A DNA stretch of 64,000 bases from Anaeromyxobacter sp. (GTDB lineage: Bacteria > Myxococcota > Myxococcia > Myxococcales > Anaeromyxobacteraceae). The stretch is from positions 32,001-96,000 of the forward strand of contig JASGJN010000004.1 in NCBI GenBank assembly GCA_049840735.1. The letters run 5' to 3'. Under the pieces are notes generated by a model that was given only the letters and a program-made list of their open reading frames with translations, had not been told where the DNA came from and did not search any database. This document shows, piece after piece, positions 57,263 to 64,000 of this stretch. The first letter of the stretch is position 1, and each line of letters starts with the position of its first letter. The position numbers and the translations under genes were made by a program.

Positions 57263-57568
57263 CTACCGGGCCGCCAGCTGCACGGGCTTGGCCATGTTGC
57301 AGATCCCGCGAGCCTGGTCGGTGGTGGTCGGAAGGCGAGGCGTCATGTCCACCGAGGTGGTCGCGGACGCGCGGGCGTTCAGCTTGAGGAGCTCGTCGTA
57401 GCTCGTGGCCTTCCTGGACGGGACGGCGCGGGCGGTGGTTTCGGCCGAGGGGTCGTTCCTGGCTGCGGCGGCCTTGAGCTCGTCGAAGCTGGTCGGCGTC
57501 GCGGCGCTCGCGACCCCTGAGAAGAGCAGCGCGGCGGCGGCGAAGGTGAGGGCGATTCGGGACATCAT
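57263..57568 (-). CDS. Small secreted protein
   Basis: AGGAG RBS, signal peptide, two TS(F/Y)DEL repeats. Confidence 0.65.
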   Translation of the reverse strand: MMSRIALTFAAAALLFSGVASAATPTSFDELKAAAARNDPSAETTARAVPSRKATSYDELLKLNARASATTSVDMTPRLPTTTDQARGICNMAKPVQLAAR

Positions 57569-57614
57569 GGTGAGCTCCTGGTCGGAAGGGGTTGATGCTG
57601 CTGGCTTGCGTCAG

Positions 57615-57630
57615 TGCAGCCCTCGTGCCG
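57615..57630 (-). promoter_or_regulatory. Putative sigma54 -24/-12 promoter
   Basis: CGGCACGAGGGCTGCA on the minus strand, upstream of ORF 57568. Confidence 0.55.
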
Positions 57631-57732
57631 CGCGCCGCACCAGCGGCTTCCGGGTGTTTCAACCGCCCGGGCCCCATCCGGCCATGAACCGTGTCGCCCA
57701 CGGTCGTCACACCGTGATCGCGACCATCACAT

Positions 57733-58116
57733 TCAGTGATGGCTCCCTGCGGAGCTACGCGGCGCCTGCTCGCTCGCCGGCGCGTGGCCCGGTGGAGCTG
57801 GGGTGGTGAGCAACCCGGTCCCCCACCCTCCCACGTTGAGCGCCACCCTCAACCGACCGAGCGCGCGCTGGGTGCGGAGCAGCTCCCTCGCCGACCACGT
57901 GATCAGCGCGGCTCCTCCAGCGAGCATCAGCACCAGGACGCTCCAGACGGCCCAGAGGTTGACGCCGAGGGGGTGCCGATCTGCGAGCACCATGACCCCC
58001 GCGTGGATCGTGACCGGAATGGTCACGAGCACGATTCCCATCTGCAGCTGGGAGAGCTCGGTCCGCTTCTGCGCCAGCAGCGTCCGGTACTGAGCCAAGC
58101 GCGTCTGAAGGTCCAT
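57733..58116 (-). CDS. Small two-TM membrane protein, DUF202-like
   Basis: RT.LA..RT.LS motif followed by two hydrophobic helices. Confidence 0.55.
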   Translation of the reverse strand: MDLQTRLAQYRTLLAQKRTELSQLQMGIVLVTIPVTIHAGVMVLADRHPLGVNLWAVWSVLVLMLAGGAALITWSARELLRTQRALGRLRVALNVGGWGTGLLTTPAPPGHAPASEQAPRSSAGSHH

Positions 58117-58178
58117 GATCGCAGGAGATCGGATGCACGGCACGCGCCGGAGCGGTCTCGACCCGGCGCCCCGCACGA

Positions 58179-58194
58179 TGGCACGCAGGGTGCA
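58179..58194 (+). promoter_or_regulatory. Putative sigma54 -24/-12 promoter
   Basis: TGGCACGCAGGGTGCA upstream of the regulator at 58290. Confidence 0.6.
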
Positions 58195-58289
58195 CTCACG
58201 TGGCCCATGGACGCCCACGGCACGGTCGGCACCGGACCGCAGCTGGTCATCGCCTTCGCACCGCTGGTCTCTCCGTGACGGACGACCCG

Positions 58290-59684
58290 ATGGAGCGCGC
58301 GCGCATCCTGATCGCCGACGACAAGGAGAACATCCTCAAGCTGCTGGAGCGGATCCTGGGCGAGGTCTACCAGGTCACGCCCGCGCCGGACGGCGAGCGG
58401 GCCATCGCCCTCATCGCCACGCAGGCGTTCGACCTGGTCCTGACCGACCTGCGCATGCCCGGTGCGGACGGCTTCGAGGTGCTCCGGGTCGCGAAGGCGC
58501 GGGCGCCCGAGACCGAGGTCATCATCATGACCGCGTACGCCACGGTGCAGGACGCGGTCCTCGCCATGAAGCAGGGCGCCTACGATTACCTCCAGAAGCC
58601 GTTCGATCCGGACGAAGCCCTGCTGGTCGTCTCGCGCGCCCTCGAGCGGCGCCGCCAGCGAGCCCAGGCGCGCGCCTCCTTGCCCTCCCCCTCGGAGCTC
58701 CAGGCCTTCCACAACCTGGTGGGCGGAAGCGCCGCGATGAGGAACGTGTACCGGCTCCTCGAGAAGGCCGCCGGGCTGGACATCACCACGCTCATCACCG
58801 GCGAGACCGGGACCGGGAAGGAGCTGGCCGCACGGGCCATCCACGTCGGCAGCAGCCGCAAGGAGCGGCGCTTCGTGCCGGTGAACTGCGGCGCGCTCCC
58901 GGCCGAGCTCATCGAGAGCGAGCTCTTCGGGCATGCGCGCGGCGCGTTCACCGGCGCGGTGGGCCCCAAGGCCGGGCTCTTCGAGGAGGCCCAGGGAGGC
59001 ACCATCTTCCTGGACGAGCTCGGGGAATTGCCCCTGGGGGTGCAGGTGAAGCTCAACCGCGTGCTCCAGGAGAAGGAGGTCCGGCGGGTCGGCGACAACC
59101 GGCCGGTCCAGATCGACGTCCGCGTCATCGCCGCGACCCACCGCGACCTGAAGGCGGAGGTCGCGGCGGGCCGGTTCCGGGAGGACCTCTTCTACCGGCT
59201 GAGCGTCTTTCCCATCCGCATGCCCGCCCTGCGCGACCGGCACGACGACCTCCCGCTGCTCGCCGGTCACCTCCTGGACAAGCACGCGAGCGCGCTCCGC
59301 AAGGACGTGCGCGGGTTCTCGGTCGAGGCGCTCCGGGCGCTCACGGCGTACCGCTGGCCGGGCAACGTGCGCGAGCTCGAGAATGCGCTGGAGCGCGCCG
59401 TGGCGGTCAGCTCCACCGACACCATCGGACTGGAGGACCTCCCACCCGACGTCCGCGGGCCCGGCGGCGGCGAGGTTCCCTCCCAGGTCCGCGTCACGCT
59501 ACCCTTCCGCGAGGCTCTCGAGGCAGCGCGCGACCGGGTGTCGCGCGACTACCTGATGGCCCTCATGAGGGAGTTCGGGGGTCACGTGACGCGGGCGGCC
59601 GAGCGAGCCGGCATGGAGCGGGAGAGCCTGCACCGGCTTTTGAAACGGTACGGAGTCAAGACCGATGACTTCAAGCAGCGCTGA
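58290..59684 (+). CDS. Sigma54-dependent response regulator (NtrC/AtoC type)
   Basis: ILIADD, GETGTGKE, GAFTGA, WPGNVREL, HTH. Confidence 0.93.
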   Translation: MERARILIADDKENILKLLERILGEVYQVTPAPDGERAIALIATQAFDLVLTDLRMPGADGFEVLRVAKARAPETEVIIMTAYATVQDAVLAMKQGAYDYLQKPFDPDEALLVVSRALERRRQRAQARASLPSPSELQAFHNLVGGSAAMRNVYRLLEKAAGLDITTLITGETGTGKELAARAIHVGSSRKERRFVPVNCGALPAELIESELFGHARGAFTGAVGPKAGLFEEAQGGTIFLDELGELPLGVQVKLNRVLQEKEVRRVGDNRPVQIDVRVIAATHRDLKAEVAAGRFREDLFYRLSVFPIRMPALRDRHDDLPLLAGHLLDKHASALRKDVRGFSVEALRALTAYRWPGNVRELENALERAVAVSSTDTIGLEDLPPDVRGPGGGEVPSQVRVTLPFREALEAARDRVSRDYLMALMREFGGHVTRAAERAGMERESLHRLLKRYGVKTDDFKQR

Positions 59685-60303
59685 AGGACCGAGTCGCCGC
59701 AGCTCCGCCCTGAAGCTGCTGGTGGCCGCGGCAGTGGGTGGCGCCCTGGTGGCCGGAGCGCTGGTCGTGTTCGTGCTGGCGGGCGGTGTGTCGGCCCGGC
59801 CGGAGCCGGGGCGCATCGAGGCGACCATCGCCCGCACGCTCCGGCACTTCGCCATCCCGGAGGCTGCCCGCGGACGCGAGAACCCGATCCGGCTCGACGA
59901 CCGGACGCTGGCGCAGGGGTTGGCCCACTTCGCCGACCACTGCGCGAGCTGCCACGGCAACGACGGCAGCGGGGCGACGGCGCTCGGCCGCGGGCTCTAC
60001 CCGCGGGCGCCGGACATGCGGCTGCCCGCGACCCAGGACCTGAGCGACGGGGAGCTCTTCTTCATCATCGAGCACGGCGTGAGGCTCACCGGCATGCCGG
60101 CCTGGGGCGGCGCTGGCCAGCCCGAGGAGAGCTGGAAGCTGGTCCACTTCATCCGGCACCTCGAGGACCTCACGCCGGACGAGCTGGCCCACATGGAACA
60201 GCTCAACCCCCGGTCACCCGACGAGTGGCGCGAGCTGCAGGAGGAGGACGAGTTCCTGCAAGGTGGCGCGCCACCCGCCGGCGGCCTACATGAGATGCAC
60301 TGA
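59665..60303 (+). CDS. Membrane-anchored cytochrome c
   Basis: CASCH heme motif, TGMPAW. Confidence 0.88.
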   Translation: MTSSSAEGPSRRSSALKLLVAAAVGGALVAGALVVFVLAGGVSARPEPGRIEATIARTLRHFAIPEAARGRENPIRLDDRTLAQGLAHFADHCASCHGNDGSGATALGRGLYPRAPDMRLPATQDLSDGELFFIIEHGVRLTGMPAWGGAGQPEESWKLVHFIRHLEDLTPDELAHMEQLNPRSPDEWRELQEEDEFLQGGAPPAGGLHEMH

Positions 60304-60320
60304 TCGATCCGGAGCCGCCC

Positions 60321-60641
60321 ATGTCGCGAAGCAGCCGAGCTGCCCTCCTGCCCCTCCTGCTCCTCTTCGCCCGCCCCGGGCTGGCGCACGAGGGCGCCAT
60401 CCACGCGATGGGGACGGTGAAGGAGATCACGGCGGCGCGCATCGTCGTGACCACGCCCGAAGGCGACAAGGCGTTCACCATCGGCCCGCAGACGCGCTTC
60501 CTCCGCGGGAAGTCCACGGCCGCGGCCAGCGACGTGCACAGCGGCGAGCGGGTGGCGGTCCATGCCCGCGCGGCCGACGGCGGCGCCGCTGCGTACGAGG
60601 TCAAGCTGCCCGCCTCGCCGGCCCCAGCGGCGCAACCCTGA
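60321..60641 (+). CDS. Small periplasmic OB-fold-like protein (DUF5666-like)
   Basis: Signal peptide, AHEG..H.MGTV. Confidence 0.6.
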   Translation: MSRSSRAALLPLLLLFARPGLAHEGAIHAMGTVKEITAARIVVTTPEGDKAFTIGPQTRFLRGKSTAAASDVHSGERVAVHARAADGGAAAYEVKLPASPAPAAQP

Positions 60642-62994
60642 GCCGCAGCGCGTTGGCGATCACCGACACCGAGCTCAGGCTCATGGCCGCGCTCGCGACC
60701 ATCGGGCTCAGCAGGACGCCGAGGAACGGGTACAGGACCCCTGCGGCGATGGGCACGCCGACGGTGTTGTAGAGGAAGGCGAAGAACAGGTTCTGGCGGA
60801 TGTTCCGCAGCGTCGCGCGGGACAGGTGGCGCGCGCGCACGATCCCCTGCAGGTCGCCCTTCACCAGCGTCAGCGAGGCGCTCTCCATGGCGATGTCGGT
60901 GCCGGTGCCCATGGCGATCCCGACGTTCGCCCTCGCGAGCGCGGGCGCGTCGTTCACGCCGTCGCCCGCCATCGCGACCACGTGCCCCTGCGCCTGCAAC
61001 CGCGCCACCACCTCGCCCTTCCCCTCGGGGAGCACGCCGGCCTCCACCTCGTCGAGCCCGAGGCGGCGGCCGACCGCGCGCGCCGTGGCGGCGTTGTCGC
61101 CGGTGAGCATCACCACCCGGATGCCGTCTTCGCGCAGCGCCTGGAGCGCCGCCGGGGTGGTCGCCTTGATCGGATCCGCGACCCCGACCACCCCCACGGC
61201 CCGCCCACCGGCGGCCACGAACACCACCGTCTCCCCGCCTTCACGCAGCGCCGCGGCTGCCGTCGAGAGCGCTTCTGGAATGGCGACGTCACCGAGGAGC
61301 CGATCCGTCCCCACCCGCACCTCCCGGCCACCGATGGTGGCCCGCACGCCCTGGCCCGTCACCGACGCGAAGCCGGCCCCTGGGGACGTCGCGACGCCGC
61401 GCTCGCGCGCCCCGCGCACGAAGGCGCCCGCCAGCGGGTGCTCGCTGCCGGCCTCGACGCTTGCGGCGAGCCGGAGCACCTCGGCCTCCGAGGTCCCGTC
61501 CGCCGGGACGACGCTCGTGAGCCGCGGCTTCCCTTCGGTCAGGGTGCCGGTCTTGTCCACCACCAGCACGTCCACCTTCGCCATCAGCTCCAGCGCCTCG
61601 GCGTCGCGCACCAGCACGCCGGCGCGCGCGCCGCGCCCCGTCCCGACCATGATGGACATGGGGGTCGCCAGCCCGAGCGCGCACGGGCAGGCGATGATGA
61701 GCACCGCCACCGCGTTCACCAGCGCGTGGGCGAGGCGCGGCTCGGGGCCTACCGCGGCCCAGATCACCGCGGTCACGACCGCGACCACGATCACCGCCGG
61801 CACGAACCAGCCGGCCACCCGATCCGCGAGCCGCTGGATGGGCGCCCGGCTGCGCTGCGCCTCCGCGACGTGCCGGACGATCCTGGCGAGGAGCGTGTCC
61901 TGGCCCACGCGCTCCGCGCGCATCACGAACCCGCCGGTCTGGTTGACCGTGCCGCCGGTCACGCGGTCCCCCGCGCCCTTCCCGACCGGGAGGGACTCGC
62001 CGGTGACCATCGACTCGTCGACGCTGCTGGCGCCCTCGACCACCGTGCCGTCCACGGGGACGCCTTCTCCCGGGCGGACGCGGAGCCTGTCCCCGACCGT
62101 CACCGCGGCCAGCGGAACGTCCCGCTCCTCGCCGTCGGGATCGAGCCGGCGGGCGGTCTTCGGCGCCAGGGCGAGGAGCGCCCGGATGGCGCCGGACGTG
62201 GCCTGGCGCGCCCGGAGCTCGAGCACCTGCCCCATGAGCACGAGCACGGTGATGACCGCCGCCGCCTCGTAGTAGAGGGGGACCGCGCCATCGTGCCCCC
62301 GGATGGCGGGCGGCAGCGCCCCCGGGAGCAGCGTCGCGAAGGCGCTGAAGGCGAAGGCGACGCCGGTCCCGAGCGCGATCAGCGTGAACATGTTGAGGTG
62401 CCGGTTCACGATCGACGCCCAGCCGCGCTGGAAGAAGGGCCACCCGCCCCAGAGCACCACCGGGGCGGCGAGGGCGAGCTCGAACCACGGCAGCGCGCCG
62501 CCGCGCAGGCCGTGCAGCGGGTCCTGCGGGAGCATCTCCGCCATCCCGGCCAGGAGGACCGGCGCCGTGAGGACGGCGCTGATCCAGAGCCGCCGCGTCA
62601 TGTCGCGCAGCTCGGGGTTGGGGGTGTCCGCCAGCGTCACCGTCCGCGGCTCGAGCGCCATGCCGCAGATCGGGCAGCTGCCCGGGGCGTCGCGGACGAT
62701 CTCGGGGTGCATGGGGCAGACGTAGGTCGTCCCTGGGGCCGCTGGAGTCTCCGCCGTGCGGCGCGCCTCACCCGTATAGGCGGCCGGGTCCGCCACGAAC
62801 TTCTCCCGGCACTTCGCGCTGCAGAAGAAGTGCTCGCGAGCGCCGTGTCGGGCGCTGCCGCCGCGTGCGTGGGCCGGGTCCACCGTCATCCCGCAGACGG
62901 GGTCGACGGCCTGCCCCGGCGCCGGCGTGGGCTCGCGCCGGCGTGCGGCTGGCTGGTGTGCGGCGGAGTGCGGGTGAGCATGACGTTCCTGCAT
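60601..62994 (-). CDS. copA: Cu(I)-type P1B ATPase with YHS and metal-binding domains
   Basis: DPVCGM, CPMHP, TGES, CPCALG, DKTGT, GDGVND, YN and MxxSS. Confidence 0.93.
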   Translation of the reverse strand: MQERHAHPHSAAHQPAARRREPTPAPGQAVDPVCGMTVDPAHARGGSARHGAREHFFCSAKCREKFVADPAAYTGEARRTAETPAAPGTTYVCPMHPEIVRDAPGSCPICGMALEPRTVTLADTPNPELRDMTRRLWISAVLTAPVLLAGMAEMLPQDPLHGLRGGALPWFELALAAPVVLWGGWPFFQRGWASIVNRHLNMFTLIALGTGVAFAFSAFATLLPGALPPAIRGHDGAVPLYYEAAAVITVLVLMGQVLELRARQATSGAIRALLALAPKTARRLDPDGEERDVPLAAVTVGDRLRVRPGEGVPVDGTVVEGASSVDESMVTGESLPVGKGAGDRVTGGTVNQTGGFVMRAERVGQDTLLARIVRHVAEAQRSRAPIQRLADRVAGWFVPAVIVVAVVTAVIWAAVGPEPRLAHALVNAVAVLIIACPCALGLATPMSIMVGTGRGARAGVLVRDAEALELMAKVDVLVVDKTGTLTEGKPRLTSVVPADGTSEAEVLRLAASVEAGSEHPLAGAFVRGARERGVATSPGAGFASVTGQGVRATIGGREVRVGTDRLLGDVAIPEALSTAAAALREGGETVVFVAAGGRAVGVVGVADPIKATTPAALQALREDGIRVVMLTGDNAATARAVGRRLGLDEVEAGVLPEGKGEVVARLQAQGHVVAMAGDGVNDAPALARANVGIAMGTGTDIAMESASLTLVKGDLQGIVRARHLSRATLRNIRQNLFFAFLYNTVGVPIAAGVLYPFLGVLLSPMVASAAMSLSSVSVIANALRLRVAPLGPARRAA

Positions 62995-63052
62995 GGATGC
63001 GTTCTCCTTTTTCAGACGAACGCGCGACGTGCGCCGGCCTTACACTTCCAGG

Positions 63053-63628
63053 ATGTCCATGACCGACGCCGCCCGTCCGGGGCTGCCGCCCGCGCTCCTG
63101 GAGGGAAGGCGACGCTTCCTCGCCTTCCTCGCCCGCCGGCTCGGCTCAGAGGCGGCCGCAGAGGAGGTGCTCCAGGGTGCCTACGTGCGCGCCCTGGAGA
63201 GCGCGCCGGCCACGTTCGACGAGGAGGGCGCGGTGCGCTGGTTCTTCCGCGTGCTGCGGAACGCGCTGATCGACCGGGCCCGCCGCACCGACTCCGAGCA
63301 GCGCGCGCTGTCCGCCGACGCTGCGGAGGCGCCCCAGGCGCTCGACCCCGAGTGGGAGCGCGCCGTTTGCGGCTGCATCGAGAGCGCGCTCGCCGGCGTG
63401 AAGGACGACTACGCCATCCTGGTGCGGAGGGTGGATCTCGAGGGTGCCTCCGTGTCCGACGTGGCGCGCCAGGTCGGCGTCACCCCCAACAACGCCTCCG
63501 TCCGCCTGCACCGCGCGCGGCGGGCGCTCCGCGAGCGCCTGGAGGGGCTGTGCGGCGCCTGCGCCGCGCACGGCTGCCTCGACTGCTCCTGCCGAGGCGG
63601 GCCGACGCTCGGGTACGTCCCGCGCTGA
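63053..63628 (+). CDS. ECF sigma factor with CxC and Cys-rich C-terminus (CorE-like)
   Basis: sigma2 and sigma4 regions, VCGC linker, C-terminal CGACAAHGCLDCSC; divergent from copA. Confidence 0.85.
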   Translation: MSMTDAARPGLPPALLEGRRRFLAFLARRLGSEAAAEEVLQGAYVRALESAPATFDEEGAVRWFFRVLRNALIDRARRTDSEQRALSADAAEAPQALDPEWERAVCGCIESALAGVKDDYAILVRRVDLEGASVSDVARQVGVTPNNASVRLHRARRALRERLEGLCGACAAHGCLDCSCRGGPTLGYVPR

Positions 63629-63641
63629 AGCGGCGGCGAGG

Positions 63642-64000
63642 TCAGGCCTTCACGCCTCCGCGCCGCGCTCCGGCGCCGCCTCGACGCGCTTCGCCTCCAC
63701 GTCGGGCAGGAACGCGGTGAGGAGCCCGAACGCGGGGAGGAAGGCGCAGATCCGGTACACGGCCTGGATCCCGTACTCGATCCGCCACCTGGCCGAGCAG
63801 CGCCGCGCCGATCCCGCCCGCGCCGAAGGCGAGGCCGAAGAAGAGCCCGGCGACGGTGCCCACGCGCCCGGGCATGAGCTCCTGCGCGTAGACCACGATG
63901 GCCGAGAACGCGGACGAGAGGATGAGCCCGATCACGACGGTGAGCACGGCGGTCCAGGCCTCGTTCGCGTAGGGCATCGCCAGCGTGAAGGGCAGGACGC
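63642..64000 (-). CDS. MFS transporter, Fsr-like, C-terminal part
   Basis: SAFSAIVVYAQELMPGRVGTVAGLFFGLAFG. Confidence 0.85.
   Translation of the reverse strand, partial: VLPFTLAMPYANEAWTAVLTVVIGLILSSAFSAIVVYAQELMPGRVGTVAGLFFGLAFGAGGIGAALLGQVADRVRDPGRVPDLRLPPRVRAPHRVPARRGGEARRGGAGARRGGVKA

Overview
GC-rich window with many isolated single-base frameshifts, most likely read or assembly errors. Positions 1 to ~3.42 kb look Planctomycete-like (FIST protein, aminotransferase, truncated PVC small basic protein) and abut an Anaeromyxobacter-like (Myxococcota) region carrying arg genes, a WYL pair, signalling genes, dapF, hutF, argE and a RapA-like helicase. Highlights: (1) an IS110/IS1111 element (10302-11731) splits a REP-like repeat, and its 3' non-coding region has short matches to its own junctions, as expected of a bridge/seekRNA. 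(2) Two 21-bp tandem arrays built on the same REP/target motif lie between inverted REP copies. (3) A ~10.5 kb Mx8-like element is integrated in tRNA-Asp (60-bp att repeats), with att inside the integrase gene. It carries a Fic gene, two parS-like palindromes, a three-gene Lamassu/ABC-3C system with a Cap4-type nuclease, and a convergent retron whose RT is fused to a trypsin-like protease, with a visible ncRNA and Asn in place of the RT motif A Asp. The right end holds trehalose synthesis, sigma54 signalling and a copper cluster with a CorE-like ECF sigma. All family calls come from motif recognition by eye, not database searches.
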